Below are positions 39,703-53,505 of a DNA stretch of 64,000 bases, in pieces. Source of the DNA: Spirochaetota bacterium (GTDB lineage: Bacteria > Spirochaetota > UBA4802 > UBA5550); assembly GCA_025457915.1 (NCBI GenBank), contig JALOTL010000005.1, forward strand, positions 68,852 to 132,851, written 5' to 3'. The translations under genes were made by a program, and so were the position numbers. Below the pieces are notes generated by a model. It ran no database searches. It was given only the letters and a program-made list of their open reading frames with translations, and was not told the origin of the DNA. Each line of letters starts with the position of its first letter. Positions within the stretch are counted from its first letter, which is position 1.

Positions 39703-41079
39703 ATGAAGAGATCGTTTATTTTATTCTTGCTGATAGTATCTTCCATGGCCTCGGGATGCAAGATGAAGGGCGACGAGCTTGCTGTTTTTACCGACGGTAA
39801 GATTACAAGGGGACAGTTCTATGAATGGATCGAAATACGAAAATTCCCCAGAGACATGATTTTAAAGAAGAAGTCCGATCAAAAGAACAGGATCAGACAG
39901 CTGGCAGTCGACATCATCTCTTCCAGGGAGGCAGCCAGGGCGGGCTTCGATAAAAGAGAAGATTATAAATATCTCATGGAAATCGCCAGGAGGGACTTTA
40001 TTGCTGGTTATTATATGAAGAACATGAGGGAATCCGGTTCCTTCAGCGAGGAAGCCGTCAGGGTCAGCATGATAAGGCTGATAGTAAAATCATACAAGAT
40101 AGAAAATAATAAAAGGGTCGATCTTGGAAAAGCCGAGACTGATGTTGAATTTGAAAAACGGATTGCCGAGGCAAAATCTATAATCAAGGAACTCGACGAA
40201 GGAAAATCATTCAGCGATCTTGCCGGCAAGTATTCCGAGGATTACACAAAAAACAGCGGCGGGGATATTGGATTTATAACAATGGACATGAGGGGAGAAA
40301 ATTTCGGCAAGTCGGTTTTCGGATTGAAGGAAGGCCAGTACACGAAAGAGCCTGTCAGGGATATGGACAGCGTGCTGGTTCTGAAGGTTGAAAAGAAGGT
40401 CACGCTGACGGAGAAGAATATTGACGGCTACATCAAGGATGAGAACATGCGGAACCAGATGAAGGCGAGGCTTTCCGGCAAGAATGCCAGGCAGGTCCAG
40501 GAAAAACTGGCCAAGGCTCCGGACGTTGAAAGCCACATGGAAAGGATAAACGCCGGACCTGACGCGGTTTTGTTTAAAATAGGGAACGAACAGTTCAAGG
40601 TGGCCGATCTCAACAAAATGATCGATTTCATTACAAAGAAGACGAGCGGCTTCAGGCCGAAGGCCCATCTAATTAACGACAGCTACAAGAAGGGTATAAC
40701 CGAAAGGCTTTTCAAGGAAGAGCTGATGGTCAGGGAGGCCAAAAAGACCGGCCTGGATAAAAGCGAGGGATTTCTAAAGGAATTGGAATACTTCAAGGAT
40801 TACAATCTCGGGAATTACTATAAGAATGAGACTATAATGCCACTCGTGAAGGTCACACCTGATGATGTTATAAAGGAATATAATATCAACAGGGACAGGA
40901 TGTATTCAAGGACTGACAGGGGAGGAGTGAAGGTGCCGATGAATTTTAACGAGATAAGGGAAAGAATACAATACATGCTAATAAACAAGAAATATTCGGC
41001 AGAGAAGGAGAAATGGGAAAACGAGCTGCTGTCCAAATACAAGTTCAAGATCAACGAATCAAAACTCGAGGGTGATTGA
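39703..41079 (+). CDS. Parvulin-type peptidyl-prolyl isomerase lipoprotein (PrsA/SurA-like)
   Basis: ASG-C lipobox; F..LA.KYSED...GGDIGF rotamase motif. Confidence 0.85.
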   Translation: MKRSFILFLLIVSSMASGCKMKGDELAVFTDGKITRGQFYEWIEIRKFPRDMILKKKSDQKNRIRQLAVDIISSREAARAGFDKREDYKYLMEIARRDFIAGYYMKNMRESGSFSEEAVRVSMIRLIVKSYKIENNKRVDLGKAETDVEFEKRIAEAKSIIKELDEGKSFSDLAGKYSEDYTKNSGGDIGFITMDMRGENFGKSVFGLKEGQYTKEPVRDMDSVLVLKVEKKVTLTEKNIDGYIKDENMRNQMKARLSGKNARQVQEKLAKAPDVESHMERINAGPDAVLFKIGNEQFKVADLNKMIDFITKKTSGFRPKAHLINDSYKKGITERLFKEELMVREAKKTGLDKSEGFLKELEYFKDYNLGNYYKNETIMPLVKVTPDDVIKEYNINRDRMYSRTDRGGVKVPMNFNEIRERIQYMLINKKYSAEKEKWENELLSKYKFKINESKLEGD

Positions 41080-41115
41080 TAATCCTCAATAATAGATACA
41101 GTAATGAAAGGGGGC

Positions 41116-41370
41116 TTAATTTATAGTGCCGTTCGCGGTTATGAGTGAAGCCCCCCTCATGTTTACTGTCGCACCGCCCTCTATCGTAATTTCATTGAAG
41201 GTATCCACGTCCAGCCCGAGGTCTTTTGCCGATTCAACGTAAAAATTAATCACGCTTTTTATTCTTCGTATCGCTTCACCCTCGCTGGATCCATAACAGT
41301 TTATCTCGAGCTCCGGGCAATTTGCTATTATCTGGTCTTCCTGCTTGATCAATTTCACGGATATCTTCAT
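41116..41370 (-). CDS. HicB-like (partial RNase H fold) small protein, orphan
   Basis: IIANCPELEINCYGSSEGEAIRRIK..I.FY pattern; no HicA gene adjacent. Confidence 0.65.
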   Translation of the reverse strand: MKISVKLIKQEDQIIANCPELEINCYGSSEGEAIRRIKSVINFYVESAKDLGLDVDTFNEITIEGGATVNMRGASLITANGTIN

Positions 41371-41405
41371 TATTTATTCCCTTTTGCGATGGAGTTACTC
41401 ATTAA

Positions 41406-41433
41406 TTATCGGATCGGGGTAAAATCTGCTTGA
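41406..41433 (-). promoter_or_regulatory. Putative sigma28 (FliA) promoter
   Basis: Minus strand TCAA-N16-TCCGATAA, about 35 nt upstream of the HicB-like start. Confidence 0.5.
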
Positions 41434-41643
41434 TATTTAAGATGAGTGGTAATGATTAAACTGAAGGGCTGATTTTCCGGCTTAATTCTTCAATAATTAG
41501 ATATCATGCGTATAATTTATTTTAGTTATCATATCAATGAACAGACTTTCATGAAATTGACCGGGTGAATATATTTTTTAAAAAAACTTGACAAAATATG
41601 GGGTAATTGTCCAATTATTTTTGATTTTCAGGTACAGAGGGCA

Positions 41644-41895
41644 TTGAAAGATAAATCGTCAAAAAGAACCGTATTCGCTAATATTACCGTCGGCATGCAG
41701 TTCGGAATCACGGTCTCCATTTTTGTGTACGGCGGGTACAGGCTCGATTTGTATCTGAATAAATCTCCATTGTTTGTTTCCATAGGCGCGATGCTCGGAA
41801 TGGTTATCGGGTTTTATAATCTCATGAAGGAATTGTCATACGAAACACACAAGGAGAAGGAGGACAGGAATAAAAAAAGAATTCGGTGGATGTGA
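41644..41895 (+). CDS. AtpZ/AtpI-family ATP synthase accessory protein
   Basis: Two TMs with G..LD.Y....P; first gene of the atp operon. Confidence 0.8.
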   Translation: MKDKSSKRTVFANITVGMQFGITVSIFVYGGYRLDLYLNKSPLFVSIGAMLGMVIGFYNLMKELSYETHKEKEDRNKKRIRWM

Positions 41896-42036
41896 CAAAA
41901 TTACTTGATTTTTTAATACAATTTTTTAGATTGACACTGATAGCAGATCTCAAAAACGGCATACAACCATTAAACAGGATTTCATAAATCACCCGTAGAA
42001 ATCACCTGCTTTAATAACATCGATGAGGTTATTGTA

Positions 42037-42903
42037 ATGATTCGTTTAGTTCAAGTCTTCAATACTCTTATACAGTCGGGCGGTGAAAAAGGCGAAGAAT
42101 CGATGTATGATGTGGTTATGCATCACCTTACCGACCATGCAATAACAACCGGTTTCATCGGAAAAATAAATATTCAAATTGAAAGCCTCATCGGAGGAAA
42201 GCTTTTCGGCATATTCGACATGCGGATCACCAGATGGGTTCTCATGATGTGGCTGGCCCTCTTTCTCTGCGTTATCATCTTTATCCCGGTAGCAAGATCG
42301 ATAAAGAAATCAACCATGGGTTCGAAGTCGAGATGGATAAACATGTGGGAGTCCCTCATCGGGTTCGTTCATGATGAAATAGTAGAGCCGAACTTCGATC
42401 ACAAGTATATCAGAAAGGCGATGCCTTATTTTTCATCGGTTTTCTTTTTCATTCTTTTCTGCAACCTGCTGGGGCTGATACCCGGCTTGTCAACGGCTAC
42501 CGGAAACCTGGCCGTCACCGCGGGCATGGCATCATTTACGTTCCTTCTGATGATACTGGTGGGAATGGTGAAGCAGGGTCCGCTCTGGATATTCACGGGA
42601 ATAGTTCCTCACGGTATTCCCTTCGTCATGTATTTCCTGCTGTGGCCTATCGAGATAGCCGGACTCATCATCAAGCCATTCGCCCTCACCGTCCGACTTT
42701 TCGCGAACATGACCGCCGGGCACATAGTAATAATCATATTCATATATCTCGTAATGATGTTCCAGAATTATTTCGTTGGAATCGGTTCAATCGCGGGTTC
42801 GCTGATGATATATATGCTGGAGTTATTGGTCGCTTTCATCCAGGCGTATATTTTCGCAACCCTGTCGGCAATGTTCATCGGATCATCGATGCACGCACAC
42901 TAA
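42037..42903 (+). CDS. atpB: F0F1 ATP synthase subunit a
   Basis: NLLGLIP, TATGN, LTVRLFANMTAGH, IQAYIF. Confidence 0.97.
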   Translation: MIRLVQVFNTLIQSGGEKGEESMYDVVMHHLTDHAITTGFIGKINIQIESLIGGKLFGIFDMRITRWVLMMWLALFLCVIIFIPVARSIKKSTMGSKSRWINMWESLIGFVHDEIVEPNFDHKYIRKAMPYFSSVFFFILFCNLLGLIPGLSTATGNLAVTAGMASFTFLLMILVGMVKQGPLWIFTGIVPHGIPFVMYFLLWPIEIAGLIIKPFALTVRLFANMTAGHIVIIIFIYLVMMFQNYFVGIGSIAGSLMIYMLELLVAFIQAYIFATLSAMFIGSSMHAH

Positions 42904-42973
42904 GGAAATATTTTTCTCTGTAATTGAAGAGAAGAATAAATAAATTTGTAAAAACAAATCTTAGGAGGATTAA

Positions 42974-43267
42974 ATGGAATATTTAGGGCTTTCGTATCTG
43001 GCAGCGGGTCTGGGCGCAGGTCTGGTTGTTATCGGAGCAGCACTGGGTATTGGTAGACTGGCTTCTGGTGCCATCGAGGGCATGGCCCGTCAGCCTGAAT
43101 TGAGTGGTGACTTGAGGACTGCTATGATCATCGCGGCAGCTCTTATCGAAGGTTTCACCTTCTTTGCTCTGGTTATTACGTTCATGCTTGCAACACAGGC
43201 TCCAAAAGAATTCCCAACTAAAGCAGCTGAAAAAGCTGAGGCACCAGTAGTTGTAGAAAAAAAATAA
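42974..43267 (+). CDS. atpE: F0F1 ATP synthase subunit c (H+-type, C-terminal extension)
   Basis: GxGxG, ARQPE, ALIEG. Confidence 0.97.
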   Translation: MEYLGLSYLAAGLGAGLVVIGAALGIGRLASGAIEGMARQPELSGDLRTAMIIAAALIEGFTFFALVITFMLATQAPKEFPTKAAEKAEAPVVVEKK

Positions 43268-43289
43268 TTAATACGATAGGTTAGTTGCA

Positions 43290-43799
43290 ATGCAATTTAT
43301 AAAGGAAGGTTTGCTAAAGGTTGATCCGGGTCTTCTGCTCTGGACGGTAATAACTTTTTTGATTTTATTGCTGATCCTGTGGAAGGCCGCCTGGAAGCCA
43401 ATAGTTGAAGCTCTTGACTCCAGGGCTGAAAAGATCAGGGGCGATATTGAAAACGCGGAGAAATCCCGGCAGGAGGCTGAAAAAATTCTCAATCAGCACA
43501 GGGAAATGATGGCGAATGCTAGGAGCGAGTCCGCGCAGATAATATCTAAAGGAAGGGAAGAGGCCGAAAAGATCAAAAATGATATTGTCGATAAGGCAAA
43601 TTCTGAATCCAAGGCCATTGCAGAAAGGGCAAAAAAAGAAATTGAAATGGTCAAGGAAAAAGCCCTTACCGATCTCAAGGCGGAAGTTGTCATGCTTTCA
43701 ACTGAAATTGCAGCGAAGATAATCAACAAGAACATTAACGCGGATGATCAGAAATCTCTTGTTAATGAAGCACTTAATAAAATAAGGACAGTTCAGTAA
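43290..43799 (+). CDS. atpF: F0F1 ATP synthase subunit b
   Basis: N-terminal TM, WKPI..LD.R, coiled coil; operon position. Confidence 0.95.
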   Translation: MQFIKEGLLKVDPGLLLWTVITFLILLLILWKAAWKPIVEALDSRAEKIRGDIENAEKSRQEAEKILNQHREMMANARSESAQIISKGREEAEKIKNDIVDKANSESKAIAERAKKEIEMVKEKALTDLKAEVVMLSTEIAAKIINKNINADDQKSLVNEALNKIRTVQ

Positions 43800-43851
43800 A
43801 CCTGAACTGTCCTTTGTGTTTTTTAAATCTATGCGGTAAAGGTAAAAGAAA

Positions 43852-45919
<2,068 letters not shown>

Positions 45920-45967
45920 CTCAAGGAGCAAACTAGTATACGAATCTCGAATCTGTGAGGAAAGATT

Positions 45968-46852
45968 GTGGCTAATCAACGGGATATAAGAAACAGAATC
46001 AAGTCGATCTCCAATACCAAGAAGATCACGAGCACCATGGAAATGGTGTCTACTGCGAAGATGAAAAAAATGCAGGTCCGTCTTGAGCAGTCAAAGCCAT
46101 ATGAGAACAAGGTCAATGAGATAATAACGAATCTGATTTCGACCGGGGTTTCGGCTACTCTCATGGATCCGCATTTCAGGGAAGTATCCGATCCTTCCAG
46201 GATACTCATACTCACCATAGCCGGGAACAGGGGATTATGCGGAAGCTTCAACACGAATATAATAGAAAAGTCTCTCAATTTCAAGGACAAGCTCGTTGAA
46301 GAAGGGAAAGAGGTGCTTAATTACGTGATCGGGAAAAAGGGCATAAATTTCATGAACTTCATCAAGGAGCCAATGTATAAATCTGCCCCGAACCCGGAAG
46401 ATAAGATTACATTCGATACTGCCACAAAGATCGGGAATGAGTTGAGACAGCTTTTCATAAGCGGCGAAGTTCATGAGGTATACATCGCATACACGAAGGT
46501 GGTTTCTTCGTCATCCCAGAAACCTGAGATAATCAGGCTTCTTCCCATACCTCCTGATGAAGAGGTACTGAAGGATCCTACCAGCAGATCGAATGTCGAA
46601 TATATTTTCGAGCCGAACCCTGCAAGAATTTTCTCTTATCTTCTGCCCCTATTTATCAAGGTGAGAATTTTTACATGTTTTCTTGAATCAGCCTTTTCGG
46701 AACAGTTTTCCAGAAGGGTGGCTATGAAAAATGCGACTGATGCATCTGGTGAGATGATCAGGGAGCTGACGATTTCTTACAACAGGGCAAGACAGGCCAA
46801 GATAACCAACGAGATCGCGGAGATCGTCGGCGGTGCTGCCGCTCTCGAGTAG
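45968..46852 (+). CDS. atpG: F0F1 ATP synthase subunit gamma
   Basis: KKIT..M.MV, RGLCGSFN, YNRARQAKITNEI.EIVGGA. Confidence 0.97.
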   Translation: MANQRDIRNRIKSISNTKKITSTMEMVSTAKMKKMQVRLEQSKPYENKVNEIITNLISTGVSATLMDPHFREVSDPSRILILTIAGNRGLCGSFNTNIIEKSLNFKDKLVEEGKEVLNYVIGKKGINFMNFIKEPMYKSAPNPEDKITFDTATKIGNELRQLFISGEVHEVYIAYTKVVSSSSQKPEIIRLLPIPPDEEVLKDPTSRSNVEYIFEPNPARIFSYLLPLFIKVRIFTCFLESAFSEQFSRRVAMKNATDASGEMIRELTISYNRARQAKITNEIAEIVGGAAALE

Positions 46853-46872
46853 ATATGAAATAAAACATATGA

Positions 46873-48719
<1,847 letters not shown>

Positions 48720-48746
48720 CACCCGGTATCAATTAAATTTGAAATT

Positions 48747-48778
48747 AAAAAGGATGCTGCTGTCAGCATCCTTTTTTT
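48747..48778 (+). terminator. Intrinsic terminator of the atp operon
   Basis: AAAAAGGATGCTG-CTGT-CAGCATCCTTTTTTT. Confidence 0.85.
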
Positions 48779-48946
48779 GTGAATTATTGCCTGTTTTGTT
48801 TTAAAATCCTTGTATCATTACTATTATTTTGCTATTTATTTTTTATTTTAGACTTAAATTCCGATATTATAAGGGGATTTTTATTCTTGCGTTTGAATAT
48901 TGTTTATTATTATATTAATATGGAATTTTAACTAACTTCAGGCAAT

Positions 48947-50713
48947 ATGGATTCCAGAGATAAAGTCAAATCAATCGGTCAGGTGAAAAATGGATTACCG
49001 GAAGGCTTTTCGATCGATGATATCGGAAAAATCGATCTTAGAGAGGCTGAAGAAATAGCCAATGAAGATGTCCTGAACCTGACAGAAGAAGACCTGCTTA
49101 GTGAAATCGATGATATCGATTTTTACACGGGAATGGAGAAAGGTCAAATAAAATCCGCGCCTTCAAAACGTTCAAAACCTGCAGTGGTTGCATCTTTTTC
49201 CGGGTCCGATCTGGAGAAGGGGGACAGTCATAATATCAACGGAGAAAAACCGGATGAACCGACTGGAGAAAAGGCCGGGGAAACCTGGGTCCCCATCCAT
49301 AAATTAATGGAAAAGCATGAAAAAAAACCGGGAATAAATGTTGTGGAGGAATACAGCGGGTGGGTTCCGCTTGAAAAAATCGCAAAGGACATCGCGTCCG
49401 ATGAGCATGATAATAACCCGGGAAAAGAGTCAAAAAATCAAGATGAGAACACGGAGCCGGTTTTTATTGTTGATGAACTTGAGCGTGAAAACGCTGCGAT
49501 GCCGGGCGGTGGGAATTTAGATGAAAACCTTACTGAATCGTCTGATGGTGATGAAATCGTCGATCAATACGAGATGAAATCAGGCAAAGGACCCGATGCC
49601 CTTTCCCTTGAAATACCTACAGTCCTGGAAGAGGAATTGGATTCCGGGATAGAATCTAGCGGCATTCAACCATATACACAACCCGCGGTTGCTGTCGGTG
49701 ATACTCATACGTCTTTCCGTCAGGCGAAGGTGGAAACGACACCAAGGCCGAAGGAATTGCTGCCGGAAGAATTCAAGCAGCAAGACGTGTCTGCGGGAAA
49801 TGTTTTATTCATCGACGACGATCTCGTGGACAAGGCGGAAATTGATTCAAAAATCGTTTTCGAATACAATGAACTTGAAAGGCTCACATCGGATATCCTG
49901 CAGATAGACGAGGGCAAATCTGCAGTTCTTCACGAGGCCGATGTTGACGAGGACAGGAAGCGCATCGCGAATGTAACAATGGATTTTGCGGCGGCGATGG
50001 AGGGCATGCTTGTAGATTTCGAAGAGGAATATGATTACCGGGACAGGGAGCTTGATTTCATCCACGCGCAGATAGTTGAAGAGGATTACGGTAAATACAT
50101 AAGGGACATAGATGAATTCTACGGGATAAAGGGTAAAAAGGCCGTATCAACAGCGGTTGAGATTCTCGGTCTTACCTCGGATGAGATATCGGGGATAGAA
50201 AAGAATCTGTTCCCGGTTGAATATGAAAATATGGGCAATTACGAGATATTCGATTTTTTCAAAAAAGAACCGGCCGGCAAAGACAGGGCCTATCCCATAC
50301 AAAAGAACATCACCTATATGAATGCCGGCTTACGTTTAATGGATGATGACGAGAGGAATTCAATAGAAACCGACGTTGATTCGTCCGGGGCCTTGATATT
50401 TGAAGAAGACATTGAAAAGATCATGACCCTTCTCGGCAGACCCGTATCTGTAGTGTCCATCCCCGCGGCGGAACATGCCAGGGAAGACGAGAAAATATGC
50501 GATATAACCGATAAGGTCGTCATACTCGAAGATGTCGATGACGTTGAGCGTTTCATAAGCATTTATCCGGAACAAAAAAAATCTGACATAAAAAAACTTC
50601 TGGGTTATCTTGACGGTCTTTTTGAAAAGCTTCCGGAAACCACGATAAAAAATTTTACTGATTCGGAATATTTCGATCTGTATGTAAAAGTACTGAATGA
50701 TCTGGGTGAATAA
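48947..50713 (+). CDS. Highly acidic hypothetical protein with a structured-looking C-terminal helical domain
   Basis: Asp/Glu-rich low-complexity body; C-terminal DIKKLLGYLDGLFEKLPETTIKNFTDSEYFDLYVKVLNDLG. Confidence 0.75.
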   Translation: MDSRDKVKSIGQVKNGLPEGFSIDDIGKIDLREAEEIANEDVLNLTEEDLLSEIDDIDFYTGMEKGQIKSAPSKRSKPAVVASFSGSDLEKGDSHNINGEKPDEPTGEKAGETWVPIHKLMEKHEKKPGINVVEEYSGWVPLEKIAKDIASDEHDNNPGKESKNQDENTEPVFIVDELERENAAMPGGGNLDENLTESSDGDEIVDQYEMKSGKGPDALSLEIPTVLEEELDSGIESSGIQPYTQPAVAVGDTHTSFRQAKVETTPRPKELLPEEFKQQDVSAGNVLFIDDDLVDKAEIDSKIVFEYNELERLTSDILQIDEGKSAVLHEADVDEDRKRIANVTMDFAAAMEGMLVDFEEEYDYRDRELDFIHAQIVEEDYGKYIRDIDEFYGIKGKKAVSTAVEILGLTSDEISGIEKNLFPVEYENMGNYEIFDFFKKEPAGKDRAYPIQKNITYMNAGLRLMDDDERNSIETDVDSSGALIFEEDIEKIMTLLGRPVSVVSIPAAEHAREDEKICDITDKVVILEDVDDVERFISIYPEQKKSDIKKLLGYLDGLFEKLPETTIKNFTDSEYFDLYVKVLNDLGE

Positions 50714-50716
50714 AAA

Positions 50717-52606
50717 ATGGGTTTGCTTGAAAAGGCCTTGAGCTACAAGAACAGAATGAACAATGAAGGCAAGACGTCGATTATGGACAGGATCAAGGGT
50801 CCGGCCGAGACGAGTTTTGCCGATGACGAATTTCAATCCAACGGGGATGAACCTGGAATGGAGAACGGTATTGTTTACCTTAAAAAAACAGATCTGGTCG
50901 AGGTTGAAACGGACAATGCGGGCGGGGTAATGTCAAAAAACCCGGCAAGTGACGATCTCGCGATAGATGAGTTCCTTTCAGACGTGGATGAGACCCCTCC
51001 TTCATCAACAAGCGGAAATGCGCAGAAAATGTCACGGGAGCCTTCCGCTGAAAAAACTTTTCCGGGTCGTCCGGAAAAAAAAGATATCAATCAGCCTCAA
51101 GGCGGTGATTCGGCCGTGACACGACCCGGGAGGATAACCGGTATAACCTCCCAGGGGGAAGATACTTCGGATTACATGACGCTTTATGAAATAGGAAGGG
51201 ACCTGGTGAGGGCCGAGACCAAGGAGCAGCTTTTTGACATAATAATGTTTTCACTGATGGGGCAGCTGGGTGTAACTTCATCATCAATATTAATTCCGGT
51301 TTCGAATGACGGCGAGAAATGGAAGATTGTCGAGTCGAGGGGTGTTACGATTGACGACGAAAACCTGATGTTCGACAAGAAGGACGGGATACTCGGCGAG
51401 CTCGTAAAGTGTTCGGATATCATAGATATCGAGGACTATAAAAATTCAGAAGGATTCAGGGACGATTATTTGAATTACATATCCGTTGACGCAAGGCTGC
51501 TGGTGCCGATGATCCATGAAGAGAATGTCATAGGCGCAATCGTGGCGGGGAACAAGCTTGTATCGGATGAAGTCACCGGTGATGAAATTAATTTTATAAG
51601 GTCCATAGCGGATTTCTCCGCTCATATTTACGGGAGCATAATTTCACGGGAAGAGGTCTACAGGAATCTTGAGGAACTGAGGATGAATGAGAGCTTCCTG
51701 GGCGAGATCAACGGTATTAAGAAATCCATCCTCATGCAGGATGACGTTGATGGTCTGACCGGTATACTTCAGGATGAATTTAAAAAAATCGGTCTGGATT
51801 CTTACGCGCTATTCCTGAAGGACGCAGGCGGAGATTTTTTTGATTCGGTGGTTTGTGAAAAGGAAGATTTTTTGGGATTTAAGGAATCGCCCCTGTCCAT
51901 TGATTCTTCGTCAGGGCTCGTAACCCGGATCATAAATTCAGAAAACCCCCTTAAAATAGACGACTTCAGGAGTTCTGATATCGTAAACGAGACGTTGACG
52001 GCAAACCGGATTTCAAAAATGAATACCGCACTCATCTACAGCTATAAGATTTCAAGGAGCCTGAAGGGGTTTATAATAGTTTTCAGGATATCAGAACTTG
52101 CGGATATGAATGAGATCGATAAAAAAATCACTGCTCTTTCCGAGACGGTTTTTGCCAGCATGGAAACCCTGATGGAAATCAGGGCCAAGAGCGGCAGATT
52201 TTTTGACAGCATGGACCTGGTTTTAAAAAAAATCGAGAAGGAAATCAATAATGCCAGGAACCTTGGCATCCCCCTTGTGCTGGCCGTCATTTCCATTAAG
52301 AATTTAAAAAGATACAATTTACTGTTCGGTTACAACAGGACGAATGATTTGATGGATGATATTGAATCAATCATCAAGGCCAGGCTTTCTGACGTGGATT
52401 TCTGCATAAGATACGACAGGCATAAATTCCTGATCGTGCTTCCGGGAAAGGACAGGAAATACGCGATACCCTTCGCGAGCGCAATCCATAGTGAAATTAC
52501 GGGAAAGTACAGCAGCGATGAGATACAGCTGCTCGTGACCAACCTGGTATCGGAATTTCCGGCTGACGGTGACGATCCTTATGCTCTTATCGATGCTCTC
52601 GATTGA
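50717..52606 (+). CDS. GAF-GAF-degenerate GGDEF protein
   Basis: GAF (LLVPMIHEENVIGAIVAG); GGDEF fold LKRYNLLFG...IRYDRHKFLIVLP with the GGDEF motif lost. Confidence 0.75.
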   Translation: MGLLEKALSYKNRMNNEGKTSIMDRIKGPAETSFADDEFQSNGDEPGMENGIVYLKKTDLVEVETDNAGGVMSKNPASDDLAIDEFLSDVDETPPSSTSGNAQKMSREPSAEKTFPGRPEKKDINQPQGGDSAVTRPGRITGITSQGEDTSDYMTLYEIGRDLVRAETKEQLFDIIMFSLMGQLGVTSSSILIPVSNDGEKWKIVESRGVTIDDENLMFDKKDGILGELVKCSDIIDIEDYKNSEGFRDDYLNYISVDARLLVPMIHEENVIGAIVAGNKLVSDEVTGDEINFIRSIADFSAHIYGSIISREEVYRNLEELRMNESFLGEINGIKKSILMQDDVDGLTGILQDEFKKIGLDSYALFLKDAGGDFFDSVVCEKEDFLGFKESPLSIDSSSGLVTRIINSENPLKIDDFRSSDIVNETLTANRISKMNTALIYSYKISRSLKGFIIVFRISELADMNEIDKKITALSETVFASMETLMEIRAKSGRFFDSMDLVLKKIEKEINNARNLGIPLVLAVISIKNLKRYNLLFGYNRTNDLMDDIESIIKARLSDVDFCIRYDRHKFLIVLPGKDRKYAIPFASAIHSEITGKYSSDEIQLLVTNLVSEFPADGDDPYALIDALD

Positions 52607-52655
52607 GACGTGTGATTCACGGTTTTAATTTGAATCGGTACTGATAAATTATTAA

Positions 52656-53474
52656 GTGCTTGACGTGTTGGTCATAAAAAGCGTTTTCATGGAATTGCCT
52701 GCAGGCGATCATTCAATCGGTATTGATACTGCGAAAGCGGAATCAGTTGAAAAGGCGTTAATAACGAAGGTTGACAAGTCCTATCTGAGCAATTCAATCC
52801 CCCGCCACATTGTCAGGTTTGCCAACCCGGTTTTTATTTCCAGGAGACACGTTACCCTTTCGGAATTTGATTTTTTCATCGGCGATACCGGTTATGTAAC
52901 TGAGGCCGAAATGGAGGGGTGGGGGTGGATATGGAAAAAAAAGTGGGAGAAGATACTCGGGGTCTCATGGAAAAATCCATTCAGTGATGATGCGGACGTG
53001 ATTTACCGTGGATCCGGGGAAATATTTCCGGTATTGCAGACCAGCTGGAATGATGCTGTAAAATACTGCGAATGGTTCGCACAGAAAAATGGGCTCGGAG
53101 CCAGGCTCCCTTCGGAAAGTGAATGGGAAATTTTTTCAACCGTTGCAGGAGGCAGGCGGATAGAGGATATCATTCTGGAGCCGGCGGCGGAAAATAAACT
53201 CGACTCATGCAAGTATCTGGACAGGATAAAAAATTCAGTTGAGTCGAGCGAAATAACTCCAGTAGGGCTTTTATGGGAATGGACCCTCGACTGGTTTGAT
53301 TCATATCCCGGGGGTGCGGCAAACAGGGAATTCGGAAAGGTTTACAAGGTACTCAGGGGGGGGTCGGTTTTAAGCGAACCATACCAGCGTGCTATGGAAT
53401 ACAGGTTCAGGAGATGTCCCACCGCGAGAAGCCCTTACTACGGATTCAGGGTGGCGGTAACGGCTCCAGCCTGA
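52656..53474 (+). CDS. FGE-sulfatase (SUMF1) domain protein
   Basis: PV...SWNDA..YC.W, RLPSESEWE, WEWT.DW, VLRGGS, YGFR. Confidence 0.85.
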   Translation: MLDVLVIKSVFMELPAGDHSIGIDTAKAESVEKALITKVDKSYLSNSIPRHIVRFANPVFISRRHVTLSEFDFFIGDTGYVTEAEMEGWGWIWKKKWEKILGVSWKNPFSDDADVIYRGSGEIFPVLQTSWNDAVKYCEWFAQKNGLGARLPSESEWEIFSTVAGGRRIEDIILEPAAENKLDSCKYLDRIKNSVESSEITPVGLLWEWTLDWFDSYPGGAANREFGKVYKVLRGGSVLSEPYQRAMEYRFRRCPTARSPYYGFRVAVTAPA

Positions 53475-53505
53475 TTATTAAGGGATCTGCAACGGGAACA
53501 ATAAT

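Noticed and set aside
42974-43267. Possible Na+-coupled ATP synthase
   Set aside because: c-subunit has EG rather than the ES/T plus Gln signature of Na+-binding rings, so it is an ordinary H+ type.
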